From Thermoproteota archaeon (GTDB lineage: Archaea > Korarchaeota > Korarchaeia > Korarchaeales > Korarchaeaceae), in contig WALU01000032.1 of NCBI GenBank assembly GCA_015522685.1, positions 32,001 to 96,000 of the forward strand: DNA of 64,000 bases, read 5' to 3'. A model generated the notes under the pieces. The model did no database searches, was not told the origin of the DNA, and saw nothing but the letters and a program-made list of their open reading frames with translations. A program made the position numbers and the translations under genes. Positions 28,720 to 38,137 of the stretch are shown piece by piece (the stretch's first letter is position 1; every line of letters begins with the position of its first letter).

Positions 28720-30354
28720 GTGAGCTTTAAGTTAATTTTAGTTACTGGTGGAGTAATCAGTGGTTTAGGTAAGGGAATAATAGCAGCTTCTATTGGAAAG
28801 TTGATGCAGTCAAGGGGATTCCCTATCTCTATGATAAAAATGGATCCCTACCTCAATCCAGATCCAGGTACGCTAAATCCGGTTGAACATGGTGAAGTTT
28901 TTGTAACAGAAGAGGTATGGCATTTTCACCCAGGCAAGGGCGTAGAGTTCGATATAGCTGAAATAGATGAAGATTTTGGCCATTATGAGAGATTTCTCAA
29001 TGTGAATATGCATCCCTCTAATAACATAACCAGCGGCCAAATAATGCTGAGTGTTATACTAGGGGAGAGAAAAGGCGTTTATCTAGGACAAACGATAAGG
29101 CTTATTCCACATGTTACTGAAGAAATAAAGAAGAGAGTATACCGCGTAGCTGAGAGGGAAAACCCAGATATACTGATAGTGGAGCTCGGAGGTACTGTTG
29201 GTGACTATGAAGCTATGGCCTTTGTGGAAGCCTTGAGGCAGATGAGATTAGAGGTTGGAGTGAGTAACTCCGTTCATATCCATGTAACATATGTTCCCTT
29301 CATAGAAACTCTTGGAGAGTTCAAGACGAAACCTGCTCAACTATTCTTCAGGGAAGTTCTAGCAGCTGGACTGCCACCTGATTTCGTTATAGCTAGAACT
29401 CCTTCTCCTTTGCCTAAGAATGTGAAAAAGAAACTTGCCCTATATGCAAGTGTTCCGTATGACGCGGTCTTTGAAGACCCTGACCTTGATACGGTTTACA
29501 ATCTCCCATTATATTTCGAGAGGGAAGGCTTAGGAGGTAAGATCGAGAAAAGACTTAAACTAAAGGGAAAGCCTGATATGAGCGAGTGGGAGGAAGTGGT
29601 GAGGAAATTCAAAGAAGGAGAGCCAAGAAAAATAGCAATGATAGGGAAGTACTGGAGGATGTCTGATGTCTATATATCTATACTAGAAGCCATAAAACAC
29701 GCTGGAGCTGAGGCTGGAGTAAAACCTCAGATAATCCCTGTAGATTCAGAAGAGTTAGAAAGAGAAAGTGGAAGTGGATGGGATAAGCTTAAGAAATCTA
29801 ATGGCATCCTACTAACGCCGGGTTTTGGCTCCAGAGGAACTGAAGGAATGATATCGGCAGCTGCATGGGCATTGAAGCAAGATAAGCCTTTCTTAGGTAT
29901 ATGCTTCGGCGCTCAACTTGCTACGGTGGCTTTCGCTAGAGAATTCATGGGGTGGACTGAAGCCAACTCTACTGAAATAGATCCGAAGACGCCTTGGCCT
30001 GTTGTAGATCTCTTGCCTGAGCAAAAACAGATAGATGAAGTAGGAGGCACCATGAGACTTGGAGGGCATAAGGTTTTACTTCTCGAAGGAATACTTCGCA
30101 AGGCCTACGGTAGAGAGAAAGTGGTGGAGAGATTTAGACATCGCTATCATATAATCAGGGAGTATGCAGAGGGGATGGCGGGGAAGGGATATAAAATAGC
30201 GGCTGTAGATGCCACTAGAAGAATAATCAATGCATTTGAGGTGGAAAATCACCCTTACTTCATTGGGGTTCAGTTTCATCCAGAGTTCAAGTCGAGGCCA
30301 GGTAACCCAAGTCCAGTGTATCTCTCATTCATTGAAGCAGTCAAAGAGATTTAA
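28720..30354 (+). CDS. pyrG: CTP synthase
   Basis: TGGVISGLGKG, KMDPYLN.DPGT, GHYERF, ELGGTVGD, GICFG, GVQFHPEF. Confidence 0.95.
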   Translation: MSFKLILVTGGVISGLGKGIIAASIGKLMQSRGFPISMIKMDPYLNPDPGTLNPVEHGEVFVTEEVWHFHPGKGVEFDIAEIDEDFGHYERFLNVNMHPSNNITSGQIMLSVILGERKGVYLGQTIRLIPHVTEEIKKRVYRVAERENPDILIVELGGTVGDYEAMAFVEALRQMRLEVGVSNSVHIHVTYVPFIETLGEFKTKPAQLFFREVLAAGLPPDFVIARTPSPLPKNVKKKLALYASVPYDAVFEDPDLDTVYNLPLYFEREGLGGKIEKRLKLKGKPDMSEWEEVVRKFKEGEPRKIAMIGKYWRMSDVYISILEAIKHAGAEAGVKPQIIPVDSEELERESGSGWDKLKKSNGILLTPGFGSRGTEGMISAAAWALKQDKPFLGICFGAQLATVAFAREFMGWTEANSTEIDPKTPWPVVDLLPEQKQIDEVGGTMRLGGHKVLLLEGILRKAYGREKVVERFRHRYHIIREYAEGMAGKGYKIAAVDATRRIINAFEVENHPYFIGVQFHPEFKSRPGNPSPVYLSFIEAVKEI

Positions 30355-31480
30355 ATACCCTCCTGGCTTTCTCCACAACCTCCTTCACTTCTTCATCCTT
30401 CATACATGAATATATTGGAAGATATAGCAGCTCCCTTGCTAGCTTCTCAGCATTGGGCGTCTCAATATCGGAATAGCTCACGCCCTTGAAAAGAACATGA
30501 AGGAAATTGTATTTTCTATCAGCTAGCCTTGACATCACAGGTTGCTTCTGAAGAGGCATCGGGTAGGCAGGCCTTGCTAAAATACCGAGGTATCTGAGCC
30601 TCTTTACTGCCTCATCTCTCCTCCTACCTACCCTCACAGGGTAAAGATGCCACACAGGATCGGCCCACTCGGCTACGAAAGGTGTATCAACCAACCCAGA
30701 CAGCTCCTGCGTATATATAGAAGCAATCTCCCTTCTTCTAGCATTAAATTCATCTAATTTTTTCAACTGAACAATTCCTATGGCAGCATTAATTTCAGTC
30801 ATCCTATAGTTAAATCCGACGTAATGGTGCTCATATTTTGAGACCTGTCCTTGATCCCTTATGGCCCTAGCCTTCTCATAAACATACTCATCATCCGTTG
30901 TTATAATCCCCCCTTCACCAGTAGTCATGTTCTTCGTTGGGTAGAAGCTGAAAGCACCAGCTTCTCCTAGGCTTCCTACCTTGGATCCCTTGTAGAGCGC
31001 ACCATGGGCTTGAGCTGAATCTTCTAAGATGCATATTTCTCTACCTCCTAATACCTCCCTAATAGAATCCAAATCTGCTGGATGGCCATGTATATGTACA
31101 GGAATTATCACTTTAGTCTTGCTAGTTATCTTGCTAGCTAGATTGTTTGGATCCATAGTGCCTGTTCTGACATCAACATCAATGAATACTGGCCTTGCTC
31201 CAGATAGAATAACTGATGAAGCTGTGGAGTAGAAAGTATAGCTCGGAACTGCAACCTCATCTCCAGGACCCACATCCAACGATATTAAGGCGACATGTAA
31301 GGCTGCTGTTCCATTTGATACTGCTACAGCATACTTGCTCCCTATATAGGAAGCGAAAGCTTCCTCAAATTCCTTTACTAGCTTCCCTTGAGCGATCATG
31401 CCTGATTCTATTACTTTCTTTACCTCTCTTATCTCTTCCTCGCCTAAACAGGGTCTAGCTATTGGTATCATCATATGCAC
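30341..31480 (-). CDS. DegT/DnrJ/EryC1/StrS sugar aminotransferase
   Basis: SNGTAALH, EDSAQAHG, SFYPTKNMTTGEGG. Confidence 0.93.
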   Translation of the reverse strand: MHMMIPIARPCLGEEEIREVKKVIESGMIAQGKLVKEFEEAFASYIGSKYAVAVSNGTAALHVALISLDVGPGDEVAVPSYTFYSTASSVILSGARPVFIDVDVRTGTMDPNNLASKITSKTKVIIPVHIHGHPADLDSIREVLGGREICILEDSAQAHGALYKGSKVGSLGEAGAFSFYPTKNMTTGEGGIITTDDEYVYEKARAIRDQGQVSKYEHHYVGFNYRMTEINAAIGIVQLKKLDEFNARRREIASIYTQELSGLVDTPFVAEWADPVWHLYPVRVGRRRDEAVKRLRYLGILARPAYPMPLQKQPVMSRLADRKYNFLHVLFKGVSYSDIETPNAEKLARELLYLPIYSCMKDEEVKEVVEKARRVFKSL

Positions 31481-31779
31481 CTTTCAGCTTACAACCTCCA
31501 TTCGAATTACATAAAGGTATGTTAGCAAAACTTGAGATGTTCGATTTCTGGAATGGAGAACTTCCTTATAAATGGAACAGAGAAATCGTAGGGAGCTAGA
31601 GTGGAAGAAATAGTATCAGGTAAAATGCAGTTTCTCATAACTCCTAATCAAATAGTTAGATTGATTATGCATATAAATTGCAATTAAATTTTAATATTGC
31701 TTAGAAAAATTTTAGATCTCATTTCGCGCGCGACCTTTAACAGAAGAGCTAGATATGGGATAGATACTAAAATACTTGT

Positions 31780-32424
31780 CTATGGGAGTTGAATGGATGG
31801 GGCACCTATGAGAAAAGCGGTCAATGTAGAGATTACAGGGATAGAAATGTTATCCTCTCCACCATAGAGTTCTGCTATAGAAGATGCTGCAGCTATTACG
31901 AGAGCTAGTTGAGGAATGCCTGTTAGATATGTAAGGACCGCATAATAGGAGAGGAAGCCAGCAAGAGTTCCTTCAACAGTCCCATCAGATAATGGAATTC
32001 TAATCTTGCCTAAAAGTATTCCCACTATGGAGGAGATGCCATCAGTTAAAATGAGAGCCAGTATTCCATAGGAAGCCAGTAATCCGAATAGAAAGTATGT
32101 CGATGACACTCCAACTAACCCGGATAGGGCGCCCAGCCATCCAACTCTTCTCTCATAATCCCTCTCAACTAGGCGAACTAGATGGTTAAATGAATCTAGA
32201 ACTACTTCTATGCCTTTTGGCTGGGGTATCTGCATACTGGTTTTAAGCCATTGAGGTGGGCCCTTAACCTGCATTGAGTAGATCCACCCACCTAAAGCAA
32301 GAGCACCAGCATAGATCATTGCTGGATCTATTAAAGGAGGGAGAGCTAAAGGAATCAATAAAACAGCGGAGAATGTTATATGTATCAGCTTTCTCAATAT
32401 TTCATTGGTCTCCAATTCAACCAC
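31780..32424 (-). CDS. SEC59/dolichol-phytol kinase-like membrane protein (COG0170)
   Basis: RKLIH, DGISSIVG, GTVEG, AE...EDNISIP. Confidence 0.75.
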   Translation of the reverse strand: MVELETNEILRKLIHITFSAVLLIPLALPPLIDPAMIYAGALALGGWIYSMQVKGPPQWLKTSMQIPQPKGIEVVLDSFNHLVRLVERDYERRVGWLGALSGLVGVSSTYFLFGLLASYGILALILTDGISSIVGILLGKIRIPLSDGTVEGTLAGFLSYYAVLTYLTGIPQLALVIAAASSIAELYGGEDNISIPVISTLTAFLIGAPSIQLP

Positions 32425-33100
32425 CCGAGATCAGAACCATAACAATTGCTGATATTAAGGGAACTGTGATATTATCATCTATTCGAGGCCATTTCTCTAC
32501 TAAAGTTGCAACTAATGCTCCTATTATCCCTGGAATCCCCTTATAATACCATCCTATAGGGAGAGTTGTTAAAAGCATTGCTATGCTTCCAGCCAAGCCC
32601 TTGGTCCACCTCTTATAGACTTTATTTCTGACTATTCCAGTGACTCCATCGCCAACCGACATAAAGAGAGCAGCAGCTATCCCTACCTTTAGATCAATGT
32701 ACCATAACCCCACTATTACTATCGTCCAAGTAATACAAAACCACACTTCTCCCATATTCCTCTCTACCTGAAACCAGTCCATCCTCTCTCCCTTAAGCCT
32801 GGGAAGTAATATTAGAGCAAGCATTCCGATGCCTCCTATTAATGGAATTGCTGGAGATTTGAATATGTAAGGAGACGCAAATGCTACTATACCTCCAGCA
32901 AATATGTGAATAATCTTTCTAGCGACATATATGTTTTGCTTCTTGGAGACCCACTTAGAGAGAACGAAAACTACAAAGAGAACCCAAATAACCAAGCCAA
33001 AAAGCCATTCATATTCGGCAATGCCAGGATGCCAATAGATTAGAGAAACTATAGCAATAAGTAGTGAAAGGAAGAGCAGGGTGATAGTTTTTGGATTCAT
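32417..33100 (-). CDS. SEC59/dolichol-phytol kinase-like membrane protein (COG0170)
   Basis: ARKIIH, GDGVTG, KGLAGS, VE...DDNITVP. Confidence 0.8.
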   Translation of the reverse strand: MNPKTITLLFLSLLIAIVSLIYWHPGIAEYEWLFGLVIWVLFVVFVLSKWVSKKQNIYVARKIIHIFAGGIVAFASPYIFKSPAIPLIGGIGMLALILLPRLKGERMDWFQVERNMGEVWFCITWTIVIVGLWYIDLKVGIAAALFMSVGDGVTGIVRNKVYKRWTKGLAGSIAMLLTTLPIGWYYKGIPGIIGALVATLVEKWPRIDDNITVPLISAIVMVLISGG

Positions 33101-33134
33101 TGATGTTATGATGAAGAGGATTACTATAAGAGTT

Positions 33135-33203
33135 AGGGGGATTTAAGGGAGGCTACCTCATCATTGTCGGAGGCTCATGGGAAGCCGGCTGACCTTCCCC
33201 GGA
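33135..33203 (-). ncRNA. Candidate small RNA (GC-rich, contains box C AUGAUGA)
   Basis: GC-rich island downstream of BRE/TATA-like AAAGGTAAATATA (33224-33236, minus); GGGAAG/CTTCCC hairpin; ACA followed by ATGATGA. Confidence 0.3.
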
Positions 33204-33254
33204 AGTTTCAAGGTTCATCGCGATATATTTACCTTTCACTTCCTCCTATAATAA

Positions 33255-33644
33255 GTGATATCGATGCATTATAAGAGTAAATTAAGAGAGGTATTGATCA
33301 GGCTAAAGGAGGGGGATAATCCAACTGAGAAGGATGTGGCTAGTGCCTTCTCAGAATTGAAAGAGAGATACTCGGAAGTTTCTGATATATTATTTGATGA
33401 TGAGCTAAGAATAGCTATTTACCTACTCATTCAGAGGGGAATCATGATCGCAGATGAAGATCTCTTCAATATCTGCGATAAGCATGATTCTCTAAGGAAG
33501 CTAGCCTACAGAGCAGTTAGATTGATGAATCTAGAAGCCTCAGAGGAAGCCTCCAATGAGATTTTAGCTAAAGATCTGGAGAGAACTCTCCTCGGGAGCT
33601 ATGTACTAAAGAAGATATCTGGTGGTCGGGGCGGGGGGACTTGA
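33255..33644 (+). CDS. Hypothetical helical protein
   Basis: 129-aa ORF filling the gap; 3' end overlaps tRNA-Tyr. Confidence 0.55.
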   Translation: MISMHYKSKLREVLIRLKEGDNPTEKDVASAFSELKERYSEVSDILFDDELRIAIYLLIQRGIMIADEDLFNICDKHDSLRKLAYRAVRLMNLEASEEASNEILAKDLERTLLGSYVLKKISGGRGGGT

Positions 33645-33742
33645 ACCCCCGACCTGCCGGTATCTGTGAGAACGGGCCGCTGACGGAGCGCCACCCGGCG
33701 CCCTCTACAGCCGGCCGCTCTGCCAGGCTGAGCTACGCCCCG
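33623..33742 (-). tRNA. tRNA-Tyr(GTA) with 43-nt intron at 37/38 (33662-33704), CCA encoded
   Basis: Cloverleaf CGGGGCG/CGCCCCG (C1-G72, A73), anticodon arm GCCGG-CTGTAG^A-CCGGC, T arm GGGGG-TTCAAGT-CCCCC; BHB central helix CTGT/ACAG. Confidence 0.96.
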
Positions 33743-33813
33743 CCATCTAGGTAGATAGCATCTCTCTATATTAATTTTTACATTGAATCTCAATGTATGG
33801 CCCATGTTATAAC

Positions 33814-34329
33814 CTACTCTCTCACATGAGCTTTTATATCCATTTCAGAGGCTACACGCCGAAATATCTCGAAGTCCCTATCGCTCCAAGCTACTAATAT
33901 GACTTCATCTAGATTAGAGTCTGATATCTCCTCTAAAGTTATCTTTATTGCGGTATCAACAGGCACGCTCCCAACTCCAGTTCCCATAGCTGGAAATGCT
34001 ATGCTTTTGAGTCCTAATTCCTCTGCCTTTCTTATAGCTGCTCTTACAGCCTTTCTCACAAACTCAGAGTTGCTCCTTCCTCCTGGAGACTTAACAGTAG
34101 GAGTATGTATCACATATCTAGCTTTGAGGTCGCCTGCGGCTGTCTCCACAGCTTTTCCAATATCGATAGGGGCCTTTTTTAGAACTTCTCTCTGTATGGT
34201 CTCTCCCCCCTTCCTCCTTATTGCCTCAGCTACACCTCCTCCCATCAAGAGATGTATGTTTGCAGGGTTAACTATGGCATCAGCCTCTATATCCGTGATA
34301 TCTCCCTTGATTATAACTATCTTCGGCAT
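33814..34329 (-). CDS. Macro domain (ADP-ribose binding/hydrolase) protein
   Basis: GDIT..ADAIVNPAN, GGGVA, SIAFPAMGTGVG. Confidence 0.93.
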   Translation of the reverse strand: MPKIVIIKGDITDIEADAIVNPANIHLLMGGGVAEAIRRKGGETIQREVLKKAPIDIGKAVETAAGDLKARYVIHTPTVKSPGGRSNSEFVRKAVRAAIRKAEELGLKSIAFPAMGTGVGSVPVDTAIKITLEEISDSNLDEVILVAWSDRDFEIFRRVASEMDIKAHVRE

Positions 34330-34341
34330 CTTGCCACCTCA

Positions 34342-34650
34342 TTATGAGTTAATGGAGTTATTCTTATCTATTCCTGGCTTCAACATTCTCGGGACTCCTG
34401 CTTCTATTATGTACTCAGCCCCACAATTCTCGCAAATCAGCTTGCCTGATACAACTTCTTTCTTCATGCACTCAAAGCAGAGAGCTGGATCTTTAGGTTC
34501 AGATTCTTTGTAGGCGCACCATCTCTCACACAAGGGCTTGCTGGGCATGGAAGGAAGACCTTTCACCTCTTCCTCAACTTCCACTACTAGCTTTAGGGGG
34601 AAGTGGTGGCAGGACGGGCAAGCTAACAGATCAAGTAACCTCCTCCTCAA
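34342..34650 (-). CDS. Trm112 family methyltransferase activator
   Basis: LLDLLACPSC...G.LICENCG..Y.I..GVPRML. Confidence 0.88.
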   Translation of the reverse strand: MRRRLLDLLACPSCHHFPLKLVVEVEEEVKGLPSMPSKPLCERWCAYKESEPKDPALCFECMKKEVVSGKLICENCGAEYIIEAGVPRMLKPGIDKNNSINS

Positions 34651-34654
34651 AGGA

Positions 34655-35338
34655 TCACCCTAATAATCTGGGTAGTTCCCTTAAACTCTTAATTATACCA
34701 TCTGATGGAGGGGCATTAAGCCCTTCTCTGAACATCCATATCGTTCTAATGCCCAAGCGTTTGGCTCCTAGTATATCTTCATAAGGCGAATCCCCTATCA
34801 TAACAGCCTTATCAACGCTTCCTCCTAGAGATTCTAATGCATATTCAAATATCCATCCGTGAGGTTTTCTAACACCAACTCTATGTGAAGATATGACGGA
34901 GCTGAAGAACTGAAGCATATTTTCCTTCTTCAATTTCTCCACGACCATATCGTGATAAGGAGTGTTAGAGACTATTGCCATGCTGAAACCCTGTCTGAGG
35001 AAATATTCAAGGATCTGCTTGGCTCCTGGCTTAGGCATAGTCAGGTCCACCATGGGAGCGGCATAAGCTTTCATATGTTCTTCTTCCAATTTCTCAATTC
35101 CTAAATAACTAAGGAACGTTGAAACCTCTAAACTAGCTGGTATCTCTATGCTTCTGGCTTTTCTTTTAGAATTAAAGAGGTCTAATACCCTCTTATAGAC
35201 TGATAAGGTAGAATCTGCGGAAAATTTACTCTCCATCCCGCTGACCTTTAGCAGTTTAGTGACCCTATATCTGTAGTAATGATCTAAGTCTGGAGGATCC
35301 ACAATGGTTCTCCAAAAATCAAAGAGGAGGTAAAGCAT
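34655..35338 (-). CDS. HAD IA hydrolase
   Basis: FDFWRT, VSNT, RKP, GDSPYEDILGA; start trimmed to MLYLLFD. Confidence 0.85.
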   Translation of the reverse strand: MLYLLFDFWRTIVDPPDLDHYYRYRVTKLLKVSGMESKFSADSTLSVYKRVLDLFNSKRKARSIEIPASLEVSTFLSYLGIEKLEEEHMKAYAAPMVDLTMPKPGAKQILEYFLRQGFSMAIVSNTPYHDMVVEKLKKENMLQFFSSVISSHRVGVRKPHGWIFEYALESLGGSVDKAVMIGDSPYEDILGAKRLGIRTIWMFREGLNAPPSDGIIKSLRELPRLLG

Positions 35339-35390
35339 ATTACTTCTAATTAGGTGAGGCCATAATAACCTAGCGGAGAGTGTACTTCCA

Positions 35391-35651
35391 ATGTCCGACC
35401 ATAAATATGAATTACAGGTTATAAGACTGCAAAGAGCTATAAGGATTTCCAAAAAATATAAAGAAAAATTGAAAAATTTATATGGAAATAAAGTTATATC
35501 AAAATTTTCTAAAGATGCTGTCGATTGTCCGGTGTTGAAAAAGAGGGTTAGCTTTCTGGTATGTATGGGCTGCCCTAACTACGTTAGAAGATTTAAGGGA
35601 TATGTTCATTGTAAAGGTGACCCTCTCGATGGAGAGCCCACACCGCAGTGA
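35391..35651 (+). CDS. Small Cys-rich putative Zn-binding protein
   Basis: VDCPV...CMGCPNY...VHC. Confidence 0.65.
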   Translation: MSDHKYELQVIRLQRAIRISKKYKEKLKNLYGNKVISKFSKDAVDCPVLKKRVSFLVCMGCPNYVRRFKGYVHCKGDPLDGEPTPQ

Positions 35652-36268
35652 TTAACGCGGCAAGGAGAGAGGCAGCTACTCCAAAGATAAGTATGATCAT
35701 GCGATCCTCGCTGGCCTTAGATGGAGCACTAATGAACACAGGCTTTGCTTCCTCTCCCTTACCTGTTCCAATAGTAGTAGTAGGTACAGTGGCAGATGGA
35801 GTCCCCTTAGTCGTGGATTCAGCAATAGTAACCTTGAGGGACTGAGATGCTCTATACCCCATTAAGTACCAAGGCATCCCTACAACAAAGATAGCCGCAA
35901 GTAAGCCCACTATTAAGCTTCTAACTATTATCCCCCTTGGAGGAGCTATGTGTTCTATGAGGTTCCTCACGAATGATTCCTTCTCATCTCTCCTTACTGG
36001 TAATATAAGGAAGGCTGGAGAAACCAATGTATAAAGGATTTTCTTTCCCCTCTTACCTTCCATCTTCCTTGGTTTTATAACTCCAGTATTCACCAGCTTA
36101 TCTATATGAAACATTACAGAGTAGTAAGAGGTTGATTTAACTCTTTAGCCAGATCATTGGGGCTCTTAGGTATCTTGACTGTTCTATTATCCTTTAGTCT
36201 AATTCATTAGATATCTCCTGGCCTAGCAGCTTAGTTTCCTCATCATCCAGCATGAATATCTTCCGCAT
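35593..36268 (-). pseudogene. Disrupted ArsR-type HTH regulator with two C-terminal TM helices
   Basis: 5' part MRKIFMLDDEETKLLGQEISNELD* then, after a shift, PKSPNDLAKELNQPLTT, then shifted into MFHIDKLVNTG (ORF 35593-36114). Confidence 0.7.
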
Positions 36269-36317
36269 CTTATATAAGCTGTAATAGAGGAACATAAAGT
36301 GAGTGATTTACTTTCAT

Positions 36318-36956
36318 CTACTTCGAACCTTTCCATTCCAATAGTATCTTCGCAGCTTCGAGGAGATCTCCCACAGAATAATCAGCTAGTCTAATTATGC
36401 GCTCAGATTTCGCTCTAAAGGCTATCTTCATTCCTATATTCATCTGGAAAATTGAGAGATCGCTGTCTCCATCTCCTACGAAAGCCACCCCACAGAGAGG
36501 AATGTCATAGCTCTCAGCGATGGATTTAAGTATACTTCCCTTTAACTCTGGGGCTAATTCCCTTTTTATACCTATGACCTTACCATTTGCTATATTTAAA
36601 GTGGCTGATCTACAGAAATCCATGTCCAACTCTCTGCATACCTTTCTAGCTACTACATCAAGACCAGAGCTTACTAAACCAACTATGAAGTCATTTTCCT
36701 TTAGAGATGATATAGCTTCTCTCGCATGTTCCATCAGATCCAAGTCCTCTATCCTATTAAGAACTAAAGTGAAGTCCTTACCCCTCCATGTGGAGACATC
36801 TAGCTCAGCCCATCTTCTATAACTTATCCTTCCCTCTTCATACATCCTCCTATACTTAGAAGCTATTTCTAATGTCCCTAGCATCCGATGAATGAAAGAC
36901 CATGAACTATCTATAGGAATTAGTGTTTCATCCATATCGAAGGTCACTAAATACAC
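36318..36956 (-). CDS. HAD IB phosphoserine phosphatase-like hydrolase
   Basis: FDMDETL, SSW, VSSG, K, VGDGDSD. Confidence 0.85.
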   Translation of the reverse strand: MYLVTFDMDETLIPIDSSWSFIHRMLGTLEIASKYRRMYEEGRISYRRWAELDVSTWRGKDFTLVLNRIEDLDLMEHAREAISSLKENDFIVGLVSSGLDVVARKVCRELDMDFCRSATLNIANGKVIGIKRELAPELKGSILKSIAESYDIPLCGVAFVGDGDSDLSIFQMNIGMKIAFRAKSERIIRLADYSVGDLLEAAKILLEWKGSK

Positions 36957-36962
36957 TTCACT

Positions 36963-37079
36963 TCACCTCGCCCCCCTGTTTTCTATCTTAACCTCCTCTT
37001 GATCTCCTAAACCCGATAAAATTCTCTTACCATGGACCATTATATATTTAGTTAAGGCTTCTGTAACTCTTCCTCTCAT
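36963..37079 (-). CDS. Possible 38-aa small protein upstream of the HAD gene
   Basis: MRGRVTEALTKYIMVHGKRILSGLGDQEEVKIENRGAR; starts near a TATA-like element and ends at the RBS of the next gene. Confidence 0.3.
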   Translation of the reverse strand: MRGRVTEALTKYIMVHGKRILSGLGDQEEVKIENRGAR

Positions 37080-37129
37080 CACCAATACCCCCTTTATATT
37101 AATGTCACATTAACCCTACCTGATAAAGA

Positions 37130-38095
37130 ATGGAGAGAGTCGTTGAGGATATAAAGCCTCACCTTGGGATGACCGTATCTGATCTAATTAATGAAATGGA
37201 GAAGGCAGGAGGATTCACAGCTAAATTTATCGCTGAGGGCGTTGTTATTCTGGAGGAAATGGTAAAAGACGAGGATTCCATAAACTTTCTCTCCTTCCCA
37301 GCAGATATAATCTCAACTGGTGTAAGGGGTATACTAGTAGATATGATCAAGAGAAATCTATTCGATGTTATAATAACGACTGGAGGAGCAGTAGATCACG
37401 ATATAGCTAGATGTTTTGCGAGCTACTATCACGGTACATTCGGCGCTGATGATAAGGAGCTGTACAATCGAGGTATCCATAGACTTGGCAATATTTTTAT
37501 ACCATTTGATAATTATGGGCTCGTAATTGAGAAATTTGTGAGAAAAGAGGTGCCTAGAGCATTAGATGAGCTTGGAAATAGGTTTTCTCTGAGTGAGCTG
37601 CTTAATTTTTTAGGAGGTCGGTTATGTGAAGGTTCTCTGCTCAGGGCGGCTTATGAATCTCGCATACCAATGTTCTCCCCAGGAATCCTAGATTCATCCT
37701 TCGGTACAGCTCTGAGTCTGCTCTCTCAGGAGAAGGATTTTTACCTAGATCTGATCAAGGACATGCTTAAGCTTGCTAATCTGGCTTTTACTATGAAAAA
37801 GAGTGGAGCTTTGGTCCTAGGGGGTGGAATCTCAAAGCACCATACTATATGGTGGAATCAGTTTAAAGAGGGGCTTGATTATGTAATATACATTTCAACT
37901 GCTGTGGAATGGGACGGAAGCCTCAGCGGTGCTAGAGAAAGAGAGGCTATTAGCTGGGGGAAGGTTTCAAAAGAAGCTGAGAGAACATTTATACCCGGTG
38001 AAATAACCGCATTGCTTCCCATGATGTATGTAGCGCTTTTGGAGAAAATTAATGGATATAAGAGGAAGGGCAAGAGTTTGATCGGGAAGTTTTAA
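37130..38095 (+). CDS. dys: Deoxyhypusine synthase
   Basis: GGFTA, HRLGNI, GGGISKHH, DGSLSGA..EAISWGK (catalytic Lys). Confidence 0.95.
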   Translation: MERVVEDIKPHLGMTVSDLINEMEKAGGFTAKFIAEGVVILEEMVKDEDSINFLSFPADIISTGVRGILVDMIKRNLFDVIITTGGAVDHDIARCFASYYHGTFGADDKELYNRGIHRLGNIFIPFDNYGLVIEKFVRKEVPRALDELGNRFSLSELLNFLGGRLCEGSLLRAAYESRIPMFSPGILDSSFGTALSLLSQEKDFYLDLIKDMLKLANLAFTMKKSGALVLGGGISKHHTIWWNQFKEGLDYVIYISTAVEWDGSLSGAREREAISWGKVSKEAERTFIPGEITALLPMMYVALLEKINGYKRKGKSLIGKF

Positions 38096-38137
38096 AACGA
38101 GGTATCATGAAATTGGTCTCGTAAGGAGGGAGAAATA

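Noticed and set aside
31518-31640. Possible N-terminal remnant of an archaeal AAA ATPase (FDFWNGELP...RE)
   Set aside because: Only about 25 codons and no Walker motif.
33599-33805. 68-aa minus-strand ORF
   Set aside because: It is a translation of the tRNA-Tyr gene.
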